A DNA stretch of 64,000 nucleotides from an uncultured Candidatus Saccharibacteria bacterium (GTDB taxonomy: Bacteria; Patescibacteriota; CPR2_A; CAYFQT01), in contig CAYFQT010000026.1 in assembly GCA_964345445.1 (NCBI GenBank), positions 5,685 to 69,684 of the forward strand. The letters run 5' to 3'. The notes beneath the pieces were generated by a model that saw only the letters and a list, made by a program, of their open reading frames with translations, ran no database searches and was not told where the DNA came from. Both the position numbers and the translations under genes were made by a program. Below, piece by piece: positions 20,458-30,339 of the stretch. Numbering within the stretch: position 1 is the stretch's first letter; each line of letters opens with the position of its first letter.

Positions 20458-21099
20458 ATGCGAAGAAAAAGAAAAGCAAAAGTTACAATAGAAGAAGATG
20501 AAGAAGTTACAACGGGTTGGTCCAAAGTCCAGAAATATTTGGAAGAGAAGAATATCAATTCTTTTCTTTTAGCTGTTTTAGAAGCTGATAAATTATTAGC
20601 CAAGGCATTAAAAGATAAAGGTTATCCTGGCAAGACCACCCAGGAGAAGATTGGAGCAGCCAAGGAAAAATTTACCAATATCAATTTTCTTCTTGGTGCA
20701 AGAGATATACGAGATAAGATTATTAATAAAATAGATTATAATCTTTCTTCTTTGGATTTAGAAGATGCTATTTCTGCCTATAGGCAAGCCATAATTGATT
20801 TAGGAGAAGAATCAGAGAAATTACCTATTTCTGAAAGATTATTACTTCTTTTTCATTATTATTATCCTTCTAAAAAACAAGCACTTAAAAAAATTATTAT
20901 TTATATAGTTTTATTTTTTACAATAGTTTGGTTTTTGTCTCATACTTCACTAGGACAAAATATTGTTAATATTGTAGTAGGAGTAACCAATATTATTTTC
21001 AGTTGGGTTTTAGCAATAGTTTTGTTGGTTGTGGGAGTTATAATTACGGTGATTGCAAGTCTTTTGTATTTTGAGAAAAGAAGGAAGGAAAGAAGATGA
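20458..21099 (+). CDS. hypothetical membrane protein
   Basis: Charged N-terminus, then two to three TM segments (IIIYIVLFFTIVWFL..., IVLLVVGVIITVIASLLYF). Confidence 0.4.
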   Translation: MRRKRKAKVTIEEDEEVTTGWSKVQKYLEEKNINSFLLAVLEADKLLAKALKDKGYPGKTTQEKIGAAKEKFTNINFLLGARDIRDKIINKIDYNLSSLDLEDAISAYRQAIIDLGEESEKLPISERLLLLFHYYYPSKKQALKKIIIYIVLFFTIVWFLSHTSLGQNIVNIVVGVTNIIFSWVLAIVLLVVGVIITVIASLLYFEKRRKERR

Positions 21100-21258
21100 T
21101 GTAAAAATTCTAAATCCGAAATCCTAAACAATATCTAAATTCCAATGTTCAAAATTCTAAACATTATATTTGTTTTGGTCATTTGGATTTAGATATTAGG
21201 ATTTGTTTAGAAATTAGATATTAGAAATTAGGATTTTAATTTAAAGGGGTGAACAAAT

Positions 21259-24200
21259 ATGGCTAATTTTGTGCATCTACATACCCATAGCCATTTTAGT
21301 CTTTTAGATGGCTTAGGAAAAATAGATGATCTTTTAAATAGAGCCAAAGAGCTTGGAATGGATGCCTTGGCTTTGACTGATCATGGCGTAATGTATGGGG
21401 CTATAGAGTTTTATAATAAGGCTTGTAAAGTGGGAATTAAACCAATTATAGGTTGTGAGGTATATGTAGCTTCTAAAACACTTGATCAAAAAACTTCCAA
21501 ATTAGATACTAATTTCTATCATTTAACTTTACTTGCTAAAAACAAAGAAGGTTATTTAAATTTAATTAAACTTACTACAAAAGCTCATCTTGAAGGCTAT
21601 TATTATAAACCCCGAGTGGATAAAAATTTACTAAGGAAATATAAAAAAGGATTGATTGCTCTCTCTGGTTGTCTTCAAGGAGAGATATCCCAAGCAATTA
21701 TCTCAGATAATATTCAAGATGCTCAAAAAATAGCTTTAGAATATCAAGAAATTTTTGGCCCAGGAAATTTTTATTTAGAGGTAATGCATCACCCAAAAAT
21801 TCCTGATCAGAAAAAATCAACTCAAGGGATGATAGAGATAAATAAAAAAGTGGGCATTCCTTTGGTTGCTACCAATGATATTCATTATATAAGAAGTGAA
21901 GACGCCGAGGCTCATGATATTTTGCTTTGTGTTCAGACTGGAAAAACTGTGGATGAGAAAGAAAGATTGGATATGAAAGGTGGAGATTTTTCTATGAAAT
22001 CAAAAGATGAAATGATCTCAGCCTTCTCTGATATTCCTTCTGCTTGTGAAAATACAGTAAAAATTGCTAAAAGATGCAATTTGGGATTAGAATTAGGAAA
22101 AGTTTTATTACCTTATTTTGAAGTACCCAAAGGATATACAGATATTAGTTATTTAAGAAAATTGTGTTACCAAGGATTTATAGATAAATTTGGGAACAAA
22201 AAGACCAAAGAACAAAACAGCAAAATAGCCCTTCGACTTCGCTCAGGGCAAGTTAAACAGCAGTTGGAAAAAATTAATAAAGAAGCTTCTGGTCGTCTTG
22301 AATATGAACTTTCTGTTATTGAAAAGATGGGTTTTGCTTCTTATTTTTTAATTGTGGCTGATTTTGTTAATTATGCTAAAGACCAAGGTATTTTAGTGGG
22401 ACCCGGCCGTGGAAGTGCTGCTGGGAGTATGACTTCCTATGTTTTAAATATTACAGATTTGAATCCATTGGATTATAGTCTTCTTTTTGAAAGATTTTTA
22501 AATCCTGATCGCATATCTATGCCAGATTTTGATATAGATTTTGCTGATGATAGAAGAGGAGAGGTTATTGATTATGTAGCCCAAAAATATGGCATTGATC
22601 ATGTAGCTCAGATTGTTACTTTTGGAACTATGGCCGCTAGAAATGCTACCCGTGATGTAGGTAGAGCAATGGGTTTGAGCTATTCAGATGTAGATAGGAT
22701 TGCTAAATTAATTCCTTGGAATGTTTCTTTAAACCAAGCTTTATCTATGGTAGCTGAGTTAAGAGATTTAGCTGATTCTGATCCTCAAGTGGAGAAATTA
22801 ATTAAAATGGCTCGTAAATTAGAAGGAGTAGCTCGCCATGCTTCCACTCATGCTGCAGGCGTGGTTATTTCCAAAGAACCTTTAACTTATTATGTTCCTC
22901 TTCAAAAATCAACTAGGGGTGAGGTAACAGCCACCACTCAATATTCAATGTATGATATTGAGGAAATTGGGCTCTTAAAGATAGATCTTCTGGGACTTTC
23001 TAATCTTACTATTTTACAAAATGCTATTGCTATAATTGAAGAAACTCATAGAAAAAAGATTGATTTACAGAATATTCCTTTTGATGATGAAAAAACTTAC
23101 CAATTATTACAGAAAGGAGAAACTGTAGGAGTATTTCAGTTAGAGTCCGAAGGGATGACCCGTTATATCAAAGAACTTAAACCTGCTTGCTTTGATGATC
23201 TTATTGCTATAGTAGCTTTGTATCGTCCAGGTCCTTTAGGTAGTGGCATGGTGGAAGATTTTATAAATAGAAAACAAGGAAAATCAGAGATTAAATATCT
23301 TCATCTTGGATTAGAGCCAATTTTAAAAGATACCTACGGGGTAATAATTTATCAGGAACAAGTTATGCAAATAGCTACACAGTTGGCTGGTTATTCAGGT
23401 CCTGAGGCTGATACATTACGCAAGGCGGTAGGAAAAAAGTTGCCTCGAGAGATGAAGAGACAAAAAGAACATTTTATTTCTGGTTGTATTAAAAATGGAC
23501 TTTCACCAAAAATAGCCGAAAGGATTTTTGAATTAATAGAATTTTTTGCTGGGTATGGATTTAATAAATCTCATGCTACTTGTTATGCTCATATTGCCTA
23601 TCAAACTGCTTACCTGAAAGCTCATTTTCCAGCTTGCTTTATGGCAGCGCTCCTAACGGCTGATTGTGATGATATAGACAAGATAGCTAAAGAAGTTACA
23701 GAATGTGGAAGACTGGGGATTTCTGTTTTGCCCCCAGATGTTAATGAGAGTTTTGATTATTTTACAGTTTTAGATAACAGTCATATTCGTTTTGGATTGC
23801 AAGCTATAAAAAATGTAGGTCATGGAGCAATCCGAAGTATTGTTTCTGCAAGAGAAAAAGAAGGTCCATTTTCTTCTTTAGATGATTTTATAAAGAGAGT
23901 AGATCCCGGCCAAGTTAATAAAAAAGTCCTAGAGAGTTTGATAAAATCAGGGGCACAAGATCGTTTAGGCAAACGAGAAGAGATGTTAGCTGGAGTAGAT
24001 CAAATTATTGCCTATAGTCAGATGGTTCATAAAAATTTTAGAAATGGTCAAATGGATATGTTTGATATTCTCCAAGATGATCTTTTGCCAAAATTAAAGC
24101 TTCCTAAAATAGAAGAGGTATCTCAGAAACAAAGACTTGCTTGGGAAAAAGAACTTTTAGGACTTTATGTTTCTTCCCATCCTTTATCTTCTATAAAAGA

Positions 24201-24807
24201 ATATTTAAATCATAAAGCCATCTCTTTAGATAGTTTATCTTTTGATTGTGTGGGCAAAAAAGTAAAAATAGGGGGAATTATAACTGCTGTGCAGAAAGTT
24301 TTCACTCGAACTTCTGAACCTATGCTCTTTGTGACAATTGAAGATTTAACCGGGAGTGTAGAAGTTTTAGTCTTTCCTAAGCTGTTTAAAAAAACTTCCG
24401 GGGTTTGGCAGGAGGATAATGTTGTTTTAGTAGAAGGAGTAATTAATACTAAAGATAATCAGATTAAAATTCTGTGTAATGATGTTGTCGAAATTAATCA
24501 ACAAAAAGCTTCTAATTTTGAAAAAAGTTTAAAACTTTCTTCTGCTAAACAAAATGCAAAAGGTTTAATAAAGAAGAAAACAGTATTCATTAAATTTCCT
24601 GAAAATTCAGATATTAACTTATTAAAACAAATTCAAAAGATTTTAATTGAACGTAGAGGTAAGGACAAGGTAGTTTTATATATTCCTTCAAAAAGCAATA
24701 AATTACAAAGATTGGATATACCTTATAAAATAGATTATTCTGATGAATTAAAAGAACAACTAAGTTCAGTATTAAAAAATGGTAAAGTAGAAGTTGCAGA
24801 GACTTGA
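21259..24807 (+). CDS. dnaE: DNA polymerase III alpha subunit
   Basis: PHP domain (HLHTHSHFSLLDG), polymerase core motifs (GPGRGSAAGS, PDFDIDF) and an OB domain. 1182 aa. Confidence 0.9.
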   Translation: MANFVHLHTHSHFSLLDGLGKIDDLLNRAKELGMDALALTDHGVMYGAIEFYNKACKVGIKPIIGCEVYVASKTLDQKTSKLDTNFYHLTLLAKNKEGYLNLIKLTTKAHLEGYYYKPRVDKNLLRKYKKGLIALSGCLQGEISQAIISDNIQDAQKIALEYQEIFGPGNFYLEVMHHPKIPDQKKSTQGMIEINKKVGIPLVATNDIHYIRSEDAEAHDILLCVQTGKTVDEKERLDMKGGDFSMKSKDEMISAFSDIPSACENTVKIAKRCNLGLELGKVLLPYFEVPKGYTDISYLRKLCYQGFIDKFGNKKTKEQNSKIALRLRSGQVKQQLEKINKEASGRLEYELSVIEKMGFASYFLIVADFVNYAKDQGILVGPGRGSAAGSMTSYVLNITDLNPLDYSLLFERFLNPDRISMPDFDIDFADDRRGEVIDYVAQKYGIDHVAQIVTFGTMAARNATRDVGRAMGLSYSDVDRIAKLIPWNVSLNQALSMVAELRDLADSDPQVEKLIKMARKLEGVARHASTHAAGVVISKEPLTYYVPLQKSTRGEVTATTQYSMYDIEEIGLLKIDLLGLSNLTILQNAIAIIEETHRKKIDLQNIPFDDEKTYQLLQKGETVGVFQLESEGMTRYIKELKPACFDDLIAIVALYRPGPLGSGMVEDFINRKQGKSEIKYLHLGLEPILKDTYGVIIYQEQVMQIATQLAGYSGPEADTLRKAVGKKLPREMKRQKEHFISGCIKNGLSPKIAERIFELIEFFAGYGFNKSHATCYAHIAYQTAYLKAHFPACFMAALLTADCDDIDKIAKEVTECGRLGISVLPPDVNESFDYFTVLDNSHIRFGLQAIKNVGHGAIRSIVSAREKEGPFSSLDDFIKRVDPGQVNKKVLESLIKSGAQDRLGKREEMLAGVDQIIAYSQMVHKNFRNGQMDMFDILQDDLLPKLKLPKIEEVSQKQRLAWEKELLGLYVSSHPLSSIKEYLNHKAISLDSLSFDCVGKKVKIGGIITAVQKVFTRTSEPMLFVTIEDLTGSVEVLVFPKLFKKTSGVWQEDNVVLVEGVINTKDNQIKILCNDVVEINQQKASNFEKSLKLSSAKQNAKGLIKKKTVFIKFPENSDINLLKQIQKILIERRGKDKVVLYIPSKSNKLQRLDIPYKIDYSDELKEQLSSVLKNGKVEVAET

Positions 24808-24962
24808 CATTTGGTAAATGTTTAGATAATATATAAACAGAATAAAAAATAAAAGCAAAAATCGTAAATCGTAGGAAGTGTTCTTACGAGTATTTTTATT
24901 TTTTAAGTTCTTTGAAAATCTTTTAGTTTTGAATTTGGAACTTGGAAGGGAGAGATAGGAGG

Positions 24963-25163
24963 ATGGATGATTTATGTGATGGTTGTGAGAAAATAAAAGA
25001 AAGATTAAAAGAAGTGAAAAATAATATTTTAAAATTAACAGGAGAGGAATTAGAGAGGTTAAGCTCCATTATTGATTATCAAAGGAGGGATGATTTAGGT
25101 ATAGAGTGCATTAATTGTCCAGGAAGATATTCAGAAGATATTATTGTAGAGGTTGTTTCATAA
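24963..25163 (+). CDS. small zinc-ribbon-like protein (CxxC...CxxC)
   Basis: RBS GATAGGAGG. Sequence MDDLCDGCEK...CINCPG. First of three tandem Cys-rich genes. Confidence 0.35.
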   Translation: MDDLCDGCEKIKERLKEVKNNILKLTGEELERLSSIIDYQRRDDLGIECINCPGRYSEDIIVEVVS

Positions 25164-25173
25164 AAAAGGAGTG

Positions 25174-25371
25174 ATGTTGTTGTATGATCAAGGAGTGTGT
25201 AAAAAAAGAGTTGAGAAGTCAGAGCTATGTCTTGAAAATGGAGGTGATAAGAGCAAGATAATGGAAAGAGCTAAAGCATTTTTGAATTTGGTGGACTGTT
25301 CTTTATGTAATCACAATTTAGACTGTTGTCTAAGAATTAAGTTATATGAATATAGCTTAGGAAGGTGGTGA
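25174..25371 (+). CDS. small cysteine-rich protein
   Basis: RBS AAGGAG. Motifs CKK...C...CSLCNHNLDCC. Confidence 0.3.
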   Translation: MLLYDQGVCKKRVEKSELCLENGGDKSKIMERAKAFLNLVDCSLCNHNLDCCLRIKLYEYSLGRW

Positions 25372-25442
25372 AAAATGGAAAGGTTTACTTGCTTTTATTT
25401 GCAGTAAATTCGTAGAAAATTATAAAGAAAAGGAGTACAAAG

Positions 25443-26018
25443 ATGTGTGATAGAAGAAAAAGGATCTGGTCAGAAGATGTTAGAGAAAGTCTTTGTTTTC
25501 CTGTTTGCCAGAAAGAAATAAATGGAAATTTAAAATTTCTAAAAAAGGCAGTTGAAAATCTAAATATAGAAGGGAGTCGTTCTTTTTTATTAGAAAAAGG
25601 GATAAGATCTTTAAGTCCCACAGAGTTTAGTAATATTTTTAATTCAGTAGGTAGTTTTATGAAAGATAAGACAAAAGTGAAATTATGTGCTTCGTGTTCT
25701 CTTTTTCTTGAGGTTTCCCAAATAGAAGATATTCTTAATGATATCAAATGCGGTTTTTGTTTTCAACTTAGGGAAGAGAGAAAGAAATTTGATTTTATGG
25801 AACCAGGATATGAAGATAGTGTAGTCAAATGGAGTACTATAGCTCGAAGTTCGGATTGTGAACATTGTGAGTGCAATCCAACAGAACTTTTAGGAAGTAT
25901 AGTGGAAAAGGTTCTAAACGAGCAGTCCCCCAAGATATCAGAGAATTCTTTAATGAATTCTATGCTTGTTTCGTCAAAAGTTGATGTAACTCAGGTACAA
26001 AGGGGGAGATATTTTTAA
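25443..26018 (+). CDS. cysteine-rich protein with multiple CxxC motifs
   Basis: RBS AAGGAG before the ATG. Motifs CFPVC, CASC, CGFC and CEHCEC. 191 aa. Confidence 0.45.
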   Translation: MCDRRKRIWSEDVRESLCFPVCQKEINGNLKFLKKAVENLNIEGSRSFLLEKGIRSLSPTEFSNIFNSVGSFMKDKTKVKLCASCSLFLEVSQIEDILNDIKCGFCFQLREERKKFDFMEPGYEDSVVKWSTIARSSDCEHCECNPTELLGSIVEKVLNEQSPKISENSLMNSMLVSSKVDVTQVQRGRYF

Positions 26019-26197
26019 AGAAAAAGGATAGTAATTTTAGTATGATTTTGCCCCGCCTAAGGTAAATTTGTCAGTTTCTATTTTAAGAAAGGATGATGTA
26101 TAAAAAATAAATAAAAACTGAATAGTAATTAAAATGAGATTGAAAATTATCGGAAGTAAAATAGTAAATAAATTCTATTTGTCCATCCGTTTAATAT

Positions 26198-26250
26198 GCA
26201 GGGCTAAATAGAGCGCCCCCCGCTCATATTTTTACCCTGCTTTTTTTATT
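26198..26250 (+). terminator. terminator-like nested hairpin followed by a T-run
   Basis: GCAGGGC...GAGCG-ccccc-CGCTC...ACCCTGC followed by TTTTTTTAT. Confidence 0.5.
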
Positions 26251-26384
26251 GATTTTTTATTGCCTAATTCATTTTTTTGTGGTATAAAATATAGAGTACA
26301 ATAACTAATTTATTCTTCGAGCTATCCCGATGTCCATCGGGGAAGTCGAGAAGTACATTTTCTTCTACAATATAGAGGTTAAAA

Positions 26385-27007
26385 TGGATCTATTAGAGAT
26401 TTTTGAAAAAGAGCAAATAAAAAATAAACCCCTTCAAATAAATCCTGGAGATAAAATTAAAGTTTACCAGAAAATTCAAGAAGGGGGGAAGACTCGAACC
26501 CAAAGTTTTGAGGGTATTGTTATTCGGAAAAGAGTAATGAAGACAGCTAGGGCTAATTTTACTGTGCGGAAGATCGTTTCAGGCATTGGTGTAGAAAAAA
26601 CATTTTTTATTCATTCTCCTAATATTACTAAGATTAAAATTACAAAAAAAGGAAAGACAAGAAGAGCTAAACTTTATTATATTAGAGAAAGGCGGGGTAG
26701 AGCTGCAAAAATGAGAGAAAAAGAGGGGGAATTAAGTGAGTGGGAAATTGCAACAACAGAGCCGGCAAAACAGCCCACTGAAACGCCAAAAGAGAAAATT
26801 GAAGAAAAACCAGAAGTTAAGGAAAAATCCCAAAAACCCTTCTCCACTAAAACTTCAGAGGGCAGGGTAGAAAAGGAAGGGTCAAAAGAGAAGAAAAAAG
26901 AAGAGATTAAGGATGAAAAGAAAGAATCAAAACAAAAAGAGACAAAAACATCCTCTTCTGCTGATATAACTTCAAAGGATAAAAAGAAAAGAAAGGAAAA
27001 ATCCTAA
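26385..27007 (+). CDS. rplS: 50S ribosomal protein L19 with long K/E-rich C-terminal extension
   Basis: The L19 core (...GDKIKVYQKIQEGGKTRTQSFEGIVIRKR...FTVRKI..GIGVEKTF..HSP.I..I) ends near R134 and about 90 aa of KE-rich tail follow. Start ATG 26385 with GAGG RBS. A TTGCCT-17-TATAAA promoter lies at 26263-26295. Confidence 0.85.
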
Positions 27008-27210
27008 CAGGACTAAAAATAAATCTGACATATAAAATGGCTCAATGGAGCCATTTTATTTTATATTATATTTTATTTCAAAAAAAGTATTGACAGTGGG
27101 AAAAGTTCTTTGTTAGTATATAATCTCTGGTTACTTTTTTAAGTAACTAACTATAGTGTTGTACTTTTATAATTTAATATTTATTTGGAAAAGAGGTGTA
27201 AAAGAAAGTA

Positions 27211-28278
27211 ATGAAATCTAAAAATTCAGTATTTGAACCTTCTGTTGGTATTGTTATTCCTGCCTATAATGAAGAAAAGACTATTGCTACTGTTTTAGAA
27301 AGCATATTCAGTCAAACTAGATTACCTGATCAAATAATTGTGGTTGATGATTGTTCAGAAGATATGACAGGAAAAATAGCCAAGAGTTATAAAGGAGTTG
27401 AGGTAATTCGACCTGAGGTCAATCAAGGAACTAAAGCCCAAGCTCAGAATATTGCTTTGCCTTATGTTAAGACAGAAATTGTTATTACTATTGATGGTGA
27501 TACTATTCTAGCCCTTAATGCTATAGAAGAAATTCTTAATGCTTTTAAAGGTGAAAAACCCGCAGTCGCAGCTTGTGGTTTTATTGTTCCTAAGAAGATT
27601 AGAACTGTTTGGGAAAAGGGGCGGTTTATAGAATATCTTTTTGGTATAACACTTTATAAGAATATTCAAAAAGAATATAATGCAATAATGGTTTGTTCTG
27701 GTTGTTTTTCAGCTTTTAATACTAAAAAATTAATAGATCATGGAGGTTTTCAAAAGAGAACAATGGCTGAAGATATGGATCTTACTTGGGGTTATTTGGC
27801 AAGAAAAGAGAAAGTAGCATATGTTCCTAATGCTATTTGTTATCCTATAGAGCCAGAAACTTTTCCAATTTTTAAAGCTCAAATTCGAAGATGGTATCGG
27901 TCTTTCTTTCAAAATATTGCCATTCACAAAAGGAATATTTTTACTTTTAAAAATCCTGTTCTTAGTCTAATTATTTTAACAGGATTATTGGATGGAACGA
28001 TTTTTCCTTTAATGTTTGGAACTTCTATTTATTTCTCTATTCACTCAAAATCTTTTATGGTCAAATTGATTTGTATATGGATACTTTTTGATTTAATAGT
28101 TGTTCTAATTCCCATACTGATAAAAGGGTATAAAATTAAGAAATTAAAAGTTGCAGTATTATCTATTCCTTTTTTCCTTTTTGTCACCAGATGGGTAAAT
28201 TCTTTTTTCTTTTTTGAATCATTTATAAAGGAATGGATTTTAAAAAAACGTTTAAGTGTTTGGGAAAAAGGACATTGA
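27211..28278 (+). CDS. family 2 glycosyltransferase (membrane)
   Basis: GT-A motifs VIPAYNEE, VVDDCS and DGD. C-terminal TM helices. Confidence 0.75.
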   Translation: MKSKNSVFEPSVGIVIPAYNEEKTIATVLESIFSQTRLPDQIIVVDDCSEDMTGKIAKSYKGVEVIRPEVNQGTKAQAQNIALPYVKTEIVITIDGDTILALNAIEEILNAFKGEKPAVAACGFIVPKKIRTVWEKGRFIEYLFGITLYKNIQKEYNAIMVCSGCFSAFNTKKLIDHGGFQKRTMAEDMDLTWGYLARKEKVAYVPNAICYPIEPETFPIFKAQIRRWYRSFFQNIAIHKRNIFTFKNPVLSLIILTGLLDGTIFPLMFGTSIYFSIHSKSFMVKLICIWILFDLIVVLIPILIKGYKIKKLKVAVLSIPFFLFVTRWVNSFFFFESFIKEWILKKRLSVWEKGH

Positions 28279-28987
28279 TATTAGAGGAGGGGTAGGAGAT
28301 TTGAAAGATTATAAAAAGAGATTTTCTGAATTGGATACACTAAAAAAGATAATCTATCTTTTTGGTTTGTTTGTAATAATATTAAGTTTTGGTTTTTTGG
28401 CAACTGGTGGCTATTTGTTCTATAAATATCCTTATCAGAATTACCTAGTCAGTAAAAGGAATGAGAGATCTTTAAAAAAATTTAATGAGGGCCTTCAGAA
28501 CAAAACTGTTAAGGGAATTAATGAATTTAGAATAATAAAAAAGAAAAAGATTTCTCTTCAATTTCCCTACAAGATGGAGATTCCGAAGATTAATCTTAAT
28601 TGGTTGGTTTATCCTACAGAATATGAAGAAAAATTCCCTTATGGTATTAATAAAAAGTATTTGGATTCATATGGCGCTTGTCACTATCCTGAAACTTGTT
28701 TACCTGGTGAGACTGGAGTTTGTGCTATAGCTGGTCATCGGACAACTTATGGTTCACCCTTTCGTAATATTGACAAATTGGTGAAAGGGGACAAAGTCAT
28801 CTTAAGCAAAGAATCAATTGTTTATACTTATAAAGTTTTGGAGGTAAAGATTATTTCGGCTGATTATATAAAGATTTTAGATCCACCTGAAGAAGAAAAA
28901 TCCTTTCTTGTTTTAACTACATGTCATCCTCCTGGTTCAGCCAAAAAACGTATTGTTGTAATAGCTGTAATGGAAGGAGATGGGTGA
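28256..28987 (+). CDS. sortase (transpeptidase)
   Basis: N-terminal TM anchor. Catalytic His in AIAGHRTTYG, TLxTC-type Cys in LVLTTCHPPGS, and the downstream Arg. The true start may be the TTG at 28301 (AGGAGG RBS). Confidence 0.8.
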   Translation: MFGKKDIDIRGGVGDLKDYKKRFSELDTLKKIIYLFGLFVIILSFGFLATGGYLFYKYPYQNYLVSKRNERSLKKFNEGLQNKTVKGINEFRIIKKKKISLQFPYKMEIPKINLNWLVYPTEYEEKFPYGINKKYLDSYGACHYPETCLPGETGVCAIAGHRTTYGSPFRNIDKLVKGDKVILSKESIVYTYKVLEVKIISADYIKILDPPEEEKSFLVLTTCHPPGSAKKRIVVIAVMEGDG

Positions 28988-28989
28988 GT

Positions 28990-30177
28990 ATGGAAAAGAT
29001 TTCCCGTAGGAATTTGTTGATTTTTATTGTTGCTTTTCTTTTACTAACTTTTGTATTAGCAATAGTAGGGTTGTATTATTTTGTAGGTAATTCAAAAAAA
29101 TCATCTACAAAAATTGACTCAAAATCAGAAGATAATTTAGACAAAGAAGCTTGGGAAAGATTACCAGCTCCAAAGGTGATTTTAGGTCGTTCAAAAATTA
29201 TAGTGCCAAAGAAAGCACAAGTGGTAACCCAAGTGGATAGAGTATTAAGAGATGTTAATTGGAAAGATTCGCCTTTTAACCAAGAAGTGTCTGTTGATAC
29301 TCGGCCAGAATCTCCTGATCAAATAGTTCCTTATATGGAGGGAGCAAGAATAAAGGAGTTGATGAAATATTCTCAAATTGAGGTGATACCGCTTGGTAAC
29401 ACTAAAGCAGTTAAAATTGATGAAGATTATTATGCTGCTGATGCCGAAAGTGACTATAAGTTTAAAATTGACCCTTCTAAATTAGACTATCCTTCAGTAA
29501 TCAAAGAAGATAATTCAGTAATTTTACCTGATACTCATGGTTTTAATTCTATAGCTGGTTTGACAGCAGGACTTCAACCTAAACCTTATTTGGCAGTTGC
29601 TTGTATGGATTTGCCTTCTAAAGCTGATGCTACTTTATATTTAGCTGAAAGAGGTATTAATTGCTATGCTCCTTGTGATCGTTTTGGATCTCAAATCTTA
29701 GGTTACAATAATAATTATGAAATTAAAGGTACTATTATTGGTACTGCTCCAGTAAAAAAGCATAAAGAAGAGGCAGTAATTGGCGACCAACCTTTAGCAT
29801 TTTCTACTTCGGAGTCTATCTGTGTTCAATATACTGATAAAGGTTATCCAGATCAATATTGTGATACTCCTTGGCGTTATTTTGAAGCTTTGAATAAGAA
29901 ATATAAGCTAGATTTGGATTTGATTAAAGTTAATGCCAATGTTGGAGAAGCAGACAAAGTTGTAAAAAAGGCTAAAAAAAACAAAATCAATACTATTGCT
30001 GTTAGAGTTTCTGAAGAAGAAGATGCTAAAGCGGTCAGAAAATGGCTTAAGGAAAATGATTATCATAAAGCTATTCTTTTTCATTCAGCTCCTTATGAAC
30101 CTGGATATAAATTATTTTTTGAATTTCCTGAAAAGGTGACATTTGGAGATTTAGATCCTCAAGTTATACCGGAATAA
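28990..30177 (+). CDS. secreted/membrane-anchored protein, candidate sortase substrate. Its sorting signal is displaced to the next frame.
   Basis: RBS GGAAGGAG before ATG 28990. N-terminal signal/TM (LLIFIVAFLLLTFVLAIVGLYYF). It ends ...DPQVIPE* directly upstream of the LPITG mini-ORF. Confidence 0.55.
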   Translation: MEKISRRNLLIFIVAFLLLTFVLAIVGLYYFVGNSKKSSTKIDSKSEDNLDKEAWERLPAPKVILGRSKIIVPKKAQVVTQVDRVLRDVNWKDSPFNQEVSVDTRPESPDQIVPYMEGARIKELMKYSQIEVIPLGNTKAVKIDEDYYAADAESDYKFKIDPSKLDYPSVIKEDNSVILPDTHGFNSIAGLTAGLQPKPYLAVACMDLPSKADATLYLAERGINCYAPCDRFGSQILGYNNNYEIKGTIIGTAPVKKHKEEAVIGDQPLAFSTSESICVQYTDKGYPDQYCDTPWRYFEALNKKYKLDLDLIKVNANVGEADKVVKKAKKNKINTIAVRVSEEEDAKAVRKWLKENDYHKAILFHSAPYEPGYKLFFEFPEKVTFGDLDPQVIPE

Positions 30178-30191
30178 AGGAGGTGCAGAAA

Positions 30192-30314
30192 GTGGATCGT
30201 TTACCCATAACTGGTGGTTTTTCTGTTGGTAGTTTGATTATTGTAGCAATACTTGGAATAGGAGCTCTATGTATAGCCGCAGGGCGTAGATTGAGAGCTT
30301 TTGCTAAAAAATAA
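30192..30314 (+). pseudogene. Orphan LPXTG cell-wall sorting signal (LPITG + hydrophobic segment + RRLR tail). Probably the frameshifted C-terminus of 28990-30177.
   Basis: Translation VDRLPITGGFSVGSLIIVAILGIGALCIAAGRRLRAFAKK*. The -1 frame is open from 30132 across the A4 run at 30131-30134. An AGGAGG-8nt-GTG context is also present. Confidence 0.55.
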
Positions 30315-30339
30315 AGAAAACTGAATAATATTTATCGTA

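Noticed and set aside
20140-21250. Short tandem repeats (AAATCC, CTAAAT, CAAAGTT, GTTACTA arrays) as possible CRISPR arrays
   Set aside because: Units are 6-8 bp without regular 25-40 bp spacers and no cas genes are nearby. These are microsatellite-like repeats, not CRISPR.
21259-24807. Possible intein or mobile insertion in dnaE, and frameshifts in other long genes
   Set aside because: dnaE, rpoB, clpC and PBP1A read through uninterrupted with expected domain order. No intein-like block or internal stop was seen.
25385-25747. Minus-strand ORFs antisense to annotated plus-strand genes (e.g. 25385-25747, 5548-5733, 7870-8127, 12048-12281, 54828-55313, 59920-60177)
   Set aside because: Shadow ORFs inside well-supported genes on the opposite strand, with low-complexity or hydrophobic nonsense translations and no RBS.
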